A DNA stretch of 64,000 bases from Gammaproteobacteria bacterium. GTDB lineage: Bacteria > Pseudomonadota > Gammaproteobacteria > UBA4575. The stretch spans positions 12,731-76,730 of the forward strand of contig JABDMD010000100.1 in NCBI GenBank assembly GCA_013001685.1, read 5' to 3'. A model generated the notes under the pieces. That model did not search any database. It had not been told where the DNA came from and saw only the letters and a list, made by a program, of their open reading frames with translations. Every line of letters starts with the position of its first letter. The first letter of the stretch is position 1. Both the position numbers and the translations under genes were made by a program. Shown in pieces: positions 39,330-49,752 of the stretch.

Positions 39330-39330
39330 T

Positions 39331-40023
39331 TTACTCACCTATTACATTCCGATTCCGATACCAGATAGAAAGCGCGTACATCATCATAAATAAAGCCAAC
39401 AAGCACTCCTTGGTTTCACCTGCGCGTATATCAAGAGCTTCAGGGATCCTCATATCTAATATTTTATACATTTTTTCGTGCCAGCTTACTAATAGCGAGA
39501 GCAATGCAGCCGGCAAACAGACATAAGTAGGGAGTAACCAATCAAAGAATGCTTCTTTGTTTGGAATATGATTTTTATATTTTCTAAAAATTGGGATTAA
39601 AACCCCACCAATTAAAGCCGCTATTGATAATAAAGTTCTTGGAATTTGATCGAAAATTGCTGCAGTATTGTGCAAGTTTGTTTCCTGTTGATCATTAAAC
39701 TCAGTCCACTGCTCCGGCGTACTCCAACCAAAAAAATGCTGCCCCCAACTTATTTCCTCACCCGCATAATAGATGGAGCCAAGCAAAAACAAAACCACCC
39801 AAACCTTAAGGCTAACAAATTTTATTTTTTCTTTTGCAAATAAAAACAGCAAACAAGTAATAATCGCAGTAAGTAGGAATATAACAGTGATATTTTCGAT
39901 AATTCCCTTCTCACCATACATATAACCATCCGTATGCACACCCATAAAACGCGCAACATATGGCATAACCGCTACTATGATCGGTAGCACTAACCAAATA
40001 ATTTTGTGTAAATCTTTATTCAT
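39331..40023 (-). CDS. Polytopic membrane protein, unknown function
   Basis: 230 aa with about 6 TM helices and a conspicuous GEEISWGQHFFGW loop motif. Confidence 0.5.
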   Translation of the reverse strand: MNKDLHKIIWLVLPIIVAVMPYVARFMGVHTDGYMYGEKGIIENITVIFLLTAIITCLLFLFAKEKIKFVSLKVWVVLFLLGSIYYAGEEISWGQHFFGWSTPEQWTEFNDQQETNLHNTAAIFDQIPRTLLSIAALIGGVLIPIFRKYKNHIPNKEAFFDWLLPTYVCLPAALLSLLVSWHEKMYKILDMRIPEALDIRAGETKECLLALFMMMYALSIWYRNRNVIGE

Positions 40024-40038
40024 AAATCTTAAGCAACA

Positions 40039-40695
40039 TTAATTCCTACCAATCCATTTCTTTTGCCTACCTCTTCTATCCCAATTTCTTAAACTGCGGT
40101 AATCACGAAATGATTTTTTTCTGATACCTAATTTATACCCAAGCCCAACTATAAGATTGGGAGGGAATAAATACTGCGGCATAATATTGAAATCATATAG
40201 CTTTGGCTTCCAAAAACCATTGGATTTACTAATTTTTAAATTACCAACACTAATGTCCAAATCATGAATTCTATTTTTCTCCGCATGCTTAACAATTAAA
40301 TATCCTGCATCCAGTATTTCCTTGGGCAAAAATCCTAATTGTTTTATTAAATTTTCAAGAATTGTTCCTGAAACATATTCTTGGATTATCGAATGAGAAT
40401 ATCGACTTGATGACGGGTATACTCTAAATGGTTTTGCCACATACTCTTGAATTTCATTAATTTCAAAAAGCGCTTTATTGCGATCAAATTCAAACTGCGC
40501 TATATCAACGTTATATTTCTCTAAATACTTACTAGCAACATCTTTATTATAGACCTTTACTATTACATCCTGATCATCCAACTTCGCCTTAAATACTTGC
40601 GCTCTACCACCTTGACCTAATAATTCTGAAACACTCACATCTTCTGGCAATTTAAGCGACTGGAGAATTGCGTTTTTGCTTGAATGAGTTGGCAC
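40039..40695 (-). CDS. Small protein-kinase-fold protein (RIO/LPS-kinase-like)
   Basis: Glycine loop LGQGGRAQVF, lysine VIVKVY, catalytic IHDLDISVGNLKI, and a DFG-like YDFN. GTG start. Confidence 0.55.
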   Translation of the reverse strand: MPTHSSKNAILQSLKLPEDVSVSELLGQGGRAQVFKAKLDDQDVIVKVYNKDVASKYLEKYNVDIAQFEFDRNKALFEINEIQEYVAKPFRVYPSSSRYSHSIIQEYVSGTILENLIKQLGFLPKEILDAGYLIVKHAEKNRIHDLDISVGNLKISKSNGFWKPKLYDFNIMPQYLFPPNLIVGLGYKLGIRKKSFRDYRSLRNWDRRGRQKKWIGRN

Positions 40696-40828
40696 AGTAA
40701 ATTTTAAATCAATTAAAGTAGTATCAGTTAATAATATAATTTAACATATTTAGCTCAATATCCCTGAAGTAATTGACAAACATTAAAATTTAAATAATTA
40801 ATCATTTATCGACCTAAAAAGTAATTTC

Positions 40829-41719
40829 ATGGATATTAGCTCAACCAAAATAAAATTTTCCGATGGGACAAAAGGAATGTTTTCGCTTCCCCCAAATACA
40901 GAGCTCAAAGAAAATTTAAAAACTTGGGTGATTGAAAGAAAGTTTGATAGTTATGTTGACGAAAAGTATAGAATGATGCGCCATACCAGAAAAAGAAATA
41001 AACTATACTCATTCAACCATCCAATATCTAATACAGAAGTTGTACTTAAAGTCTCTACCATAGGCAAACAATACAATCTTCTTAGAAGAATTAACCTATT
41101 AATCTCAACTTTTTTAAGTGATTATAACTTTCGTGCTTTTAAAGGCTCGATACAACTAAAAATTATAGGTGTCAACTGTACAAATCCTCTTGCATATTGG
41201 ACTGAATCCAATTCTTTATTCAGAAAAAAAAGCTACTATATGTATGAAAAAATTCATGCAAGCCACTCATTGTTTAGTATGTCTCAGAAGCTTTTGCTTG
41301 AAAATAATAAAACTAACGATGAGCGATTTATACAACTCGCGAATAAAACAACCGATATAATTCGACATATTCACAAAGCTGGATTTAGACAAGGTGATCC
41401 ACACCCTGGTAATTTTTTAATATCACCTGTTACTCAAAACTTCAGCAAATTGAGTATTAATGAAATAAAGCACATGGATATGTTTATCATAGATTTAGAT
41501 AAGTTCTGCAAAGCTAAGCCTCTTGGACGTACTCTTAAAAGGTTTTTTGATTTACGCTGTATGCGCCGTTGCACATTAGGGCCATACAATCAGTACGATA
41601 TGCTTAAATTTTATTTACAAGATGAATATTCCGCTGTTTGGAAGAATGTACTTCGTTTTTGGATTTACGGCGGTTTCAATCCGTTCAAATGGTTTAAGCA
41701 ACCTAAACGAGGACAGTAA
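40829..41719 (+). CDS. Lipopolysaccharide kinase (Kdo/WaaP) family protein
   Basis: GFRQGDPHPGNFLI and IIDLDKF are typical of the Kdo/WaaP kinase family. Confidence 0.65.
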   Translation: MDISSTKIKFSDGTKGMFSLPPNTELKENLKTWVIERKFDSYVDEKYRMMRHTRKRNKLYSFNHPISNTEVVLKVSTIGKQYNLLRRINLLISTFLSDYNFRAFKGSIQLKIIGVNCTNPLAYWTESNSLFRKKSYYMYEKIHASHSLFSMSQKLLLENNKTNDERFIQLANKTTDIIRHIHKAGFRQGDPHPGNFLISPVTQNFSKLSINEIKHMDMFIIDLDKFCKAKPLGRTLKRFFDLRCMRRCTLGPYNQYDMLKFYLQDEYSAVWKNVLRFWIYGGFNPFKWFKQPKRGQ

Positions 41720-41740
41720 GCCAACTAATATATTCTATAT

Positions 41741-43168
41741 TTAATTTTTATCATTAATTTTTGAAATTAGATCGGTAGTAGAATACGAAGGTACAAAATC
41801 AACAATCTTTACCTCACCACCATTTGCTTGAACTAGATCTCCACCAACAACATCTTTTACCATATAATCTCCGCCCTTAACTAACACATCTGGTAAGACT
41901 TCTTTAATAAGCTCTTCCGGAGTATCTTTCCCAAACTCGACCAACCAATCAACCGCTTGAAGACTTGATAAAACCGTCAACCTATCTTTTAGCTTATTAA
42001 TAGGTCTTGAATTACCTTTTAATCTGTTTACTGATTCATCAGAATTTACTGCGACAATTAGAATATCACCTAGCTTTTTTGCTTTTGATAAATATTCAAC
42101 ATGGCCGGAATGCAAAATATCAAAACATCCATTTGTCATAACAATCTTTTTCCCATCCTCTCGAAGTGATTTGACTTTTTTAATCAACTCATTTTGAGAA
42201 ATGATCTTGCCTAAAACCTCACTTGATCTATTGAGTTCATTTTCGATTTCATTTTTTGTCACAGTTGCAGCACCAAGCTTACCAACCACAACGCTCGACG
42301 CCGCATTTGCAATATTAACTGCATCTTCAAAAGAAGAATCTGCCGCATAAGATGCAGCCAAAACGGAAATAAAGGTGTCGCCAGCACCAGTAACATCAAA
42401 TACTTCTTTAGCTCTAGCTGGAATATTCGCAGTCTTGCCTGACTTCTCAATTAGCGTTACGCCTTTTTCACTTCTGGTAATTATTAAAGCGCTTATATTT
42501 AGATCATTTAGCAGGCGCAATCCTTTATCTACTAAATCTTGCTCGTTTACAATTTCACCAACTACAGCTATGAACTCTGATTGATTAGGCGTAATCGCAG
42601 TTACATTTTTATATCTAGAAAAGTCACTCCCTTTAGGGTCTACAAATATACTCGTTCCCATCGAATTAGCTTTGTTAATGATCTCAGTAATATTTTTTAA
42701 TGCACCTTTTTTATAGTCTGACAATATAAGTACTTTATGCCTTTCAATTTCACCACAAACTAAACTAGTTAATTTGTTGACACTATCTACTGAAAATTCT
42801 CCTTCAAAATCTAAACGTATGAGTTGCTGATGACGACTAAGGACTCGCAGCTTTGCTACGGTTTTTGCTAATGGATCTTTTATACAATGCAAAGATACAT
42901 TCTCATGTAGTAGCAGGCTCTCTAACTGGTCAGCTGCTTCGTCCTTGCCTAGCAAAGCTGCCAATGCACATTGTCCACCTAATGCAGTGATACTACGAGC
43001 CACATTCCCCGCACCTCCAGGCCGTTCTTCAAAACCATTGATCAACACCACAGGAACGGGGGCTTCGGGAGAAATTCTTTGTGTATCGCCATTCCAATAA
43101 CGATCTAACATTAGATCACCGGCAACGAGAATATTTATCTTTGAAAAATCTGGCAAAGAAATTAGCAT
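41741..43168 (-). CDS. hldE: Bifunctional D-beta-D-heptose 7-phosphate kinase / D-beta-D-heptose 1-phosphate adenylyltransferase
   Basis: An N-terminal ribokinase-like domain (VTGAGDTF) plus a C-terminal cytidylyltransferase domain (TNGCFDILHSGHVEYL). 475 aa. Confidence 0.9.
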   Translation of the reverse strand: MLISLPDFSKINILVAGDLMLDRYWNGDTQRISPEAPVPVVLINGFEERPGGAGNVARSITALGGQCALAALLGKDEAADQLESLLLHENVSLHCIKDPLAKTVAKLRVLSRHQQLIRLDFEGEFSVDSVNKLTSLVCGEIERHKVLILSDYKKGALKNITEIINKANSMGTSIFVDPKGSDFSRYKNVTAITPNQSEFIAVVGEIVNEQDLVDKGLRLLNDLNISALIITRSEKGVTLIEKSGKTANIPARAKEVFDVTGAGDTFISVLAASYAADSSFEDAVNIANAASSVVVGKLGAATVTKNEIENELNRSSEVLGKIISQNELIKKVKSLREDGKKIVMTNGCFDILHSGHVEYLSKAKKLGDILIVAVNSDESVNRLKGNSRPINKLKDRLTVLSSLQAVDWLVEFGKDTPEELIKEVLPDVLVKGGDYMVKDVVGGDLVQANGGEVKIVDFVPSYSTTDLISKINDKN

Positions 43169-43182
43169 AATAGTACTAGTGA

Positions 43183-43989
43183 TTAATATTGAGATACACC
43201 ATGTGTAATACGGGTAACACTGGATTGCAAACGCTTTTCTAGTCTATTTTCATTTTCTTTAAGATGAGAACGATCATTTAAAGGATGCCACAAATGTAGG
43301 ACAGTTACAGCATTAACACCTTCTTTCCTATAAACACCACTATTAATTAGACGAATTGCCAAATCTGCGTCTTCATGACCCCAACCAATATATTCTTCAT
43401 CAAAACCATTTACTGCCATAAAATCATCGCGCTTCATTCCCAAATTACAGGTCTTAACTCCATACCATTTCTTTTCTTTTTGTTTTCTTAAAATTCCTAA
43501 CGGTATGGAAATAAGAGGAACTATGCGTTTAATTTTATTTGACTTCCAGAGACCAAACAAATTAAAAAATGTTAGTTTTGATGGAATTATCTTAGATTCA
43601 ATAAATTCTTGTGTATAAGTTTCCGACAACATCACACGACTTCCTCTTATAAAATAATTCTTTTCTGCTAACTGAATATGATTAGCTATGAACCTAGGAA
43701 AAGTCACACAATCCCCATCAATAAAAATTAAATAATCACCTTTTGACCGTGCAACTGCTTTATTACGTATTTGAGCTGCACGAAACCCATCATCTTCTTG
43801 CCAAACATGCTGTATTTCAAATTTAGACTTATTTTTAAATTTAGTGATCATATCTTTTGTATCACTAGTTGAGCCATCATCAGCTATGACCACCTCAAAA
43901 TTCATGTTTGACTGATCGTTGAGTGAATTTAATACACAAGATAGTGCATCAGGACGATTATAAGTACTAATTACAACTGAGATTAGCAA
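43183..43989 (-). CDS. Glycosyltransferase family 2
   Basis: ISVVISTYNRPDAL, DDGSTSDT, IFIDGDC, and NGFDEEYIGWGHEDADL. TTG start. Confidence 0.8.
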   Translation of the reverse strand: MLISVVISTYNRPDALSCVLNSLNDQSNMNFEVVIADDGSTSDTKDMITKFKNKSKFEIQHVWQEDDGFRAAQIRNKAVARSKGDYLIFIDGDCVTFPRFIANHIQLAEKNYFIRGSRVMLSETYTQEFIESKIIPSKLTFFNLFGLWKSNKIKRIVPLISIPLGILRKQKEKKWYGVKTCNLGMKRDDFMAVNGFDEEYIGWGHEDADLAIRLINSGVYRKEGVNAVTVLHLWHPLNDRSHLKENENRLEKRLQSSVTRITHGVSQY

Positions 43990-44078
43990 ATTTATTACTA
44001 CTAAATATTATGATTTCAAAAATTGCTTGCAGTTACAATTCGCGAATCGACCAATACCCGGAAATCAGGCATGATGCA

Positions 44079-45575
44079 TTAGGCATTGCTTTTCTCCGAC
44101 AATAACAATCCAAAAAATAATGCGCTAAAAAAAATATAAAATATAGATAACTCTGTTTTATGCAGAGAACCTATAGTAAGACCACCTAATGAAAAAATAA
44201 TCACAATTAAAAGCCCAGAAAGCGCAATGACTCGTATATTATTAGACTGCATTCTACTCATATGCGACAGAAACAGTACTCCTGGCAGCACTAACATTAG
44301 GAATGTGGAAACCAGGCCGAATACCCCTCTTTCTGCAAGTGCCTTAAAATATAAGCTATGTGGATTTTTATGAATTTGTATATCATGATTAAACTTGTCA
44401 CTAGTCCCTAATCCAATTTCTTGCATTCGACTCCTGAAGTTTCCTGGTCCGGAACCAATAATGGGCTTACTAAGAAATACTTCCCAAGCTGCTCTCCATA
44501 ATTCAAACCGCAACCCAACGGAAGTTGAGATCCTAATTGAATCATTAACGTCAGTTGAGTTTATATATTCAGTTATTTGTTCTGAAACTAAATTCACTCT
44601 TTTTTGCACATAAGGCATCTGTAGAGCTAGGGCCAAAACTAAAACCAGCAACATAAAAAACGATAATTTCACCTTCGCTGACCATGATGACATTACAAAT
44701 GGGAGAATAAAAACAAATGGGAGAGATATCCATGCAGATCTTCCACCAGACATCGCTAACGCAAAAAGCAAAAACAATATACTGGTAACGGCTAACGCAA
44801 TTTCAATTTTGTTATTTCTATTCGCGGCCATACTTAAATATGCAATTACCGTAGCCAGCAGCGATACTGTCACAATAGCAAAATGAATTGAATTCATACC
44901 AAGCCCTATTCCAACAGTAGTTAAATTAGGCTCATCAGGATATTCATCAAATAGCCAGAATTGGCTTCGGGCAATTCCACTCAAATCAGCAATTGCCCCA
45001 AACCCAATTATTATTCCTGAAATAGAAAAGATAAATAAAATGGTTTTAGCATGGATTCTATTTTTATGAATTACATAAGCGATAGGCGCCACTATAAGAT
45101 ATACCGCATAATGCGACTCAAAATATTTAGCACTATGTAAAGGATGATCAGATAATGAATACGAGATAATACAAACCACTATATAAAATAAACTGGCAAT
45201 TAGTAACCATTTCATCCATCCACTTAAATATATACTTGATAAGACAAACGGGAAAAGAACCAACATATGGATAAAAGGCTTATTAAAATAATCAGTGCCG
45301 CTACAACAAGCATTACTTAATAAGAATGCAAGCAGCATCAATATAAAAAATAAGAAGCTTATATTTAGAACTAATTTTTTTCTATCACCCTTATATTCAT
45401 TTTTAAAAATCAGAAACAACCCAACAATTGCTAAAAGATAAACGCCAATACGAGAAATGTCTCTATTTAAAAAATACAACCACAAAAATAAACTGATACA
45501 ACATATGATAAAAAACGTCATTCCACGCTTTTCAGCTACAATAGTGTCAAGGGTCATGAATATTTTTACTGTCAA
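44079..45575 (-). CDS. O-antigen ligase-family (Wzy_C/WaaL-like) membrane protein
   Basis: More than 10 TM helices, with a periplasmic loop carrying SGGRSAW and HKNPHSLYFKALAERG motifs. Confidence 0.7.
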   Translation of the reverse strand: MTVKIFMTLDTIVAEKRGMTFFIICCISLFLWLYFLNRDISRIGVYLLAIVGLFLIFKNEYKGDRKKLVLNISFLFFILMLLAFLLSNACCSGTDYFNKPFIHMLVLFPFVLSSIYLSGWMKWLLIASLFYIVVCIISYSLSDHPLHSAKYFESHYAVYLIVAPIAYVIHKNRIHAKTILFIFSISGIIIGFGAIADLSGIARSQFWLFDEYPDEPNLTTVGIGLGMNSIHFAIVTVSLLATVIAYLSMAANRNNKIEIALAVTSILFLLFALAMSGGRSAWISLPFVFILPFVMSSWSAKVKLSFFMLLVLVLALALQMPYVQKRVNLVSEQITEYINSTDVNDSIRISTSVGLRFELWRAAWEVFLSKPIIGSGPGNFRSRMQEIGLGTSDKFNHDIQIHKNPHSLYFKALAERGVFGLVSTFLMLVLPGVLFLSHMSRMQSNNIRVIALSGLLIVIIFSLGGLTIGSLHKTELSIFYIFFSALFFGLLLSEKSNA

Positions 45576-45660
45576 TATGAAAATGTTTCGAAATTCAAAG
45601 CTGCTTTATTACATCGAGTTTCAACCTAATTAAATCTAAGTATCTAAGCAGAGATTACAC

Positions 45661-46593
45661 CTACGCCAATAAAGTTGTATAAGAGAGCCATGAATCCTCA
45701 TAATTATGACGCCCATATACGGAATCAAAATACATTGATTGAAGCTTTGTTGTAATTTCACCACGGACACCCTCACCTATCATGCGATTATCTAGCTCAC
45801 GAATTGGAGTAACTTCGGCCGCAGTGCCGGTGAAAAATGCTTCGTCAGCTGTATACATTTCATCTCGAGTAATGCGCTTTTCAATGACTGGTATACCTAT
45901 AACATCAGCAAGAGAAATTATTGTTTTACGCGTAATACCATCCAATGCAGATGTTAACTCTGGGGTATAGAGCTTTCCCTTTTTAACAAAAAATACATTT
46001 TCTCCACTGCCTTCCGCCACAAAACCATCAACATCTAACAATAGAGCCTCGTCATAGCCATCATGCAGTGCTTCATTCAAGGCCAACATAGAATTTACAT
46101 AGTTACCATTTAACTTAGCTTTACACATAGCAACATTAACGTGATGACGTGAATACGACGAAGTTTTTACTTTTATGCCATTCTTCATATTTTCATCGCC
46201 CAGGTAGGAACCCCACTCCCAAGCAGCAACAATGCAATGGGTTTTTAAATTATCAGCACGCAAACCCATTCCCTCGGATCCATAAAAACACATTGGGCGC
46301 ATATAACCATACGTTAATTCATTCTTATTAATGACATCAATCTGCGCTTGATTAATTTCTTCAGGAGAAAACGGCATCGGCATACCGATTATTTTTGCAG
46401 AATTGAAAAGTCGTTCGGTATGATCATGAAGTCGAAATATGGCAGTGCCTTGATCAGTTTTATAGGCACGCACTCCCTCGAATACTCCAGCACCATAATG
46501 CAAAGTATGCGTCAGTACATGTGTAGTAGCCTCGCGCCATGGTACAAATTTACCGTCGTACCAAATCCATCCATCTCTATCAGACATCAACAT
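45661..46593 (-). CDS. ilvE: Branched-chain amino acid aminotransferase
   Basis: 310 aa with HYGAGVFEGVRAY and GTAAEVTP motifs of class IV aminotransferases. Confidence 0.9.
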   Translation of the reverse strand: MLMSDRDGWIWYDGKFVPWREATTHVLTHTLHYGAGVFEGVRAYKTDQGTAIFRLHDHTERLFNSAKIIGMPMPFSPEEINQAQIDVINKNELTYGYMRPMCFYGSEGMGLRADNLKTHCIVAAWEWGSYLGDENMKNGIKVKTSSYSRHHVNVAMCKAKLNGNYVNSMLALNEALHDGYDEALLLDVDGFVAEGSGENVFFVKKGKLYTPELTSALDGITRKTIISLADVIGIPVIEKRITRDEMYTADEAFFTGTAAEVTPIRELDNRMIGEGVRGEITTKLQSMYFDSVYGRHNYEDSWLSYTTLLA

Positions 46594-46672
46594 CTGAGTA
46601 TCGCTCCCTAAAATTAACCCTAAATTATGACTATGAAAACGTGTTTACAAACAGGCAGAATTGCATTGTAAA

Positions 46673-49582
46673 TTAAGTAGCAAGCGAGTGTAACAGACTT
46701 GCCCAATATTTTTGCACAACGCTTCGCTCATTAGCAAATACACTCATTTCCACTGTTTCAGGCAATAGTTTAAGGCTCAGCTGATGTAAATACTTACGAT
46801 ATTTCAGGTAAATTTCTTTTAGCTCTTCTACATTATGTTGATCTAGCAAACCCACTTGCTCACATGCATCAAGAATTCTTACGTTATCAGTATATTCACA
46901 GATTTTAGGGTATTTATTAGAATAGCTAAGCACAAAAAATTGCACGATAAATTCGATATCGATCACCCCACCTTCATCTTTTTTAATATTAAAATCAGCA
47001 TTAGAACTTGCTTGATTCGCGTCCAACATTTTATTTCGCATTTCGATGATCGCAGACTGCACTTCATTTACTTCTCGTGTTTGACACAACACCTTCTTCC
47101 TAATCCTTACAAACTCATTATGGAGCTTATCGCTATTAGTCACCGCACGTGCACGAACCAAAGCTTGATGCTCCCATAGCCATGCATCATTAATTAAATA
47201 ATTTTCATAAGCATTTACAGAACAAATAATAGGGCCAGACTCGCCATGTGGCCTGAGCCTCAAGTCTGTATCAAAAACTTTACCACCCGCCGTGACGGTA
47301 CTTAAAATGTGAATCGTTCTCTGCACTAAACGCGTAAAAAATATATCGTTATGTATTTTTTTACTGCCAGTAGTCTCGCCCCCACTGGTCTCACAATTCT
47401 CTCCTACACTGTTATGTAGAAATACGATGTCTAAATCTGAGCCATAACCAAGTTCTAAGCCCCCCAGTTTTCCATACTCAACGATTAATACTTCAGGAAC
47501 ATAAGTTTGCTTATCTAAAACACACCGTGGTTCACCATATTTATCGACCAGCTCGTAATAGGCATATTGCAAAGCGTTTTTAATACAAGTCTCAGCCAAC
47601 CAAGATAAGTGATCACTCACTTTCATAATCGGGTAGTTTTCCACAACATCAGCAGCAGCAATTTGAATTGCCTGTGAATGCTTAAATTCACGCAAGCTTT
47701 CCATATATGCTTCCAAGCCCGTATCAATATTTGCCAAATATGTGGTTAGCTGTTGTTGCATTTCGATCATACCAGGTGGCTCATAGGTGTCATCCATGCT
47801 TAGAATTTCATCTAATAAAAGTGGATGGGTAGCTAGGTATTGCGAAATCCATGGACTGGTCTGAATTAGCTGGAATATTTTTGCCAGTTTATTTTTATTT
47901 TCAATCAATAAAGAAATATAAGTGGAACGTTGCGCTATTTTTTTCAGTATTTTTAAAAAACGATTAAAAACAGTTAAGGGCTCTTCAAATTGCAAAAGTT
48001 GCTGCAAGAATATTGGCATAAAATTATCTAACCTTGCTCTTGCTAGCGGCACAAGCTTTTGCACAAGACTACTTTGAGAAAATTGCTTTAGTTGCTCATA
48101 AATATACTCTGCATCATCAACAAAACTTTTAGTCAAAATATCTAAGCAGTATTCTTTTTCATCAATCTGCATCCACAACCTTTCAAACTCACTTTTGTCG
48201 AAAGTTTCTTTCTTTACTTCATCATCACTCTTTAATAAAGACTGATATATATTGTTTACTATACTTGTATGCTTTTTGTATTCAGCATAAAAATCTTGCC
48301 AGTTAGATAAAGTCATTAAATACGCATAGTGCAATTGTTGTTGCTCATCATTTGGAAGCGAGTGAGTTTGCTGATCTTCTCGCAGCTGCAAACCATTCTC
48401 TGCTTTGCGCAGAAATAAATAGGCTATTGTTAGATCATTTACCCAATCCGCAGCCAATAAACCTTGCACCTCTAGCTGCCTTAAGGCTTGAAGCGTAGAA
48501 CGAATGCGTAAAGATGAATCTTTACCTCCATATATGAGCTGGAACATCTGGGCAATAAACTCTATTTCACGAATCCCGCCAAGACCAATTTTTAAATTTT
48601 CTTTTGCGCTATCTTGTCTCGCTTTGGTATCAATCAAAGTTTTCATCTCGCGTAATGATTGCATCGCTCCATAATCTAAATAACGACGATAAATAAATGG
48701 CGTGATTTCTTGTAGGAATTTTTCACCAGCCTGCATATCACCTGCAATCACGCGTGCCTTCATCCATGCATAACGCTCCCAATCACGGCCATGTGTCTGA
48801 AAATATTGATCAATGGATAAAAAACTAGGTAGCAAGGTTCCGGAATTTCCAAATGGCCTTAATCTAGTATCTACACGAAACACAAAACCATCTTGAGTTT
48901 GCTCAGAGAGAACTTTAATAAACAATTGCACAACTTTTAGATAAAACTCTATCGTCTGTGCGGATTGTTCTTGCCCAACATCTTCTAGAGCATTCTCGTC
49001 AATGCAGGCAAAAACAATATCAATATCAGATGAAAAATTAAGCTCTTCACCACCAAGTTTTCCTAATGCAAAAATAACAATGTTTTGTCGTAGACCCTTT
49101 ACAAAATCATTGGCACGCGGTTGAGATTGATGCCACTCAAAACACCATTGCAAAGTTTCTTGAGCACAAATTTCCGCAAAAATACTTAACTCATTCAGTG
49201 TTTGTTGTACGCTTGTGTATTGCTGCAGATCTCGCCAAGCAATTCTTGCGAAACAAGCGGCCCTTAGCTGTCGTAATTGCTGTTGCAACATTTCAACACT
49301 GTCAACACTGTCAACACTGTCAACATTTAAGAATACTGTAGTCAGTAATTGACGGTATTTTTCTAAATCGTAGTCAACATGCAGCTGTTCGTCAGCCAAT
49401 ATATTTTGCAACCATTTAGGTTGCGAAATACAAACTCTTTTTATGAATGGACTTGCATACCAAATCGCTAACACCTCGTCTTTGTGTTTAAGGATATTGG
49501 CGTCACTATTGAGTTCATCAAGAATGGCATCAAAATCTTGATGAAATTTTGAGCTTATGGTCTCGGCAGGGAGTTTTAGCAT
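46673..49582 (-). CDS. glnE: Glutamine synthetase adenylyltransferase / adenylyl-removing enzyme
   Basis: 969 aa with two nucleotidyltransferase domains (GKLGGEELNFSSDIDIVF and GKLGGLELGYGSDLDIVF). Confidence 0.9.
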   Translation of the reverse strand: MLKLPAETISSKFHQDFDAILDELNSDANILKHKDEVLAIWYASPFIKRVCISQPKWLQNILADEQLHVDYDLEKYRQLLTTVFLNVDSVDSVDSVEMLQQQLRQLRAACFARIAWRDLQQYTSVQQTLNELSIFAEICAQETLQWCFEWHQSQPRANDFVKGLRQNIVIFALGKLGGEELNFSSDIDIVFACIDENALEDVGQEQSAQTIEFYLKVVQLFIKVLSEQTQDGFVFRVDTRLRPFGNSGTLLPSFLSIDQYFQTHGRDWERYAWMKARVIAGDMQAGEKFLQEITPFIYRRYLDYGAMQSLREMKTLIDTKARQDSAKENLKIGLGGIREIEFIAQMFQLIYGGKDSSLRIRSTLQALRQLEVQGLLAADWVNDLTIAYLFLRKAENGLQLREDQQTHSLPNDEQQQLHYAYLMTLSNWQDFYAEYKKHTSIVNNIYQSLLKSDDEVKKETFDKSEFERLWMQIDEKEYCLDILTKSFVDDAEYIYEQLKQFSQSSLVQKLVPLARARLDNFMPIFLQQLLQFEEPLTVFNRFLKILKKIAQRSTYISLLIENKNKLAKIFQLIQTSPWISQYLATHPLLLDEILSMDDTYEPPGMIEMQQQLTTYLANIDTGLEAYMESLREFKHSQAIQIAAADVVENYPIMKVSDHLSWLAETCIKNALQYAYYELVDKYGEPRCVLDKQTYVPEVLIVEYGKLGGLELGYGSDLDIVFLHNSVGENCETSGGETTGSKKIHNDIFFTRLVQRTIHILSTVTAGGKVFDTDLRLRPHGESGPIICSVNAYENYLINDAWLWEHQALVRARAVTNSDKLHNEFVRIRKKVLCQTREVNEVQSAIIEMRNKMLDANQASSNADFNIKKDEGGVIDIEFIVQFFVLSYSNKYPKICEYTDNVRILDACEQVGLLDQHNVEELKEIYLKYRKYLHQLSLKLLPETVEMSVFANERSVVQKYWASLLHSLAT
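49294..49325. repeat. 9-bp tandem repeat (about 3.5 copies) inside glnE
   Basis: caacactgt x3 plus caaca. On the coding strand it encodes VDSVDSVDSVE. Confidence 0.9.
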
Positions 49583-49671
49583 TTTTATTTAATTAGCCCT
49601 TTGATATGACCATTTTAACCAGTCTATGGGCTCACCTGTTGGCTAACCTGCGCGATTTAGATATTCTAAAT

Positions 49672-49690
49672 GCTAATGAGAATAGGTATC
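49672..49690. promoter_or_regulatory. Candidate Fur box upstream of the Fe3+ ABC transporter
   Basis: GCTAATGAGAATAGGTATC matches 14/19 positions of GATAATGATAATCATTATC. It lies 63 nt upstream of the start codon. Confidence 0.5.
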
Positions 49691-49752
49691 ATTTATATTA
49701 AGCTTTACCCATAATTTAACATGATTTATATCAAATTTGACTTGGTGAACAT

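Noticed and set aside
41224-41231. A8 homopolymer inside the LPS kinase gene as a phase-variation tract
   Set aside because: Runs of 8 A or T occur elsewhere in this AT-rich window, including in housekeeping genes (for example T8 at about 12085 and about 25417), so it is not distinctive.
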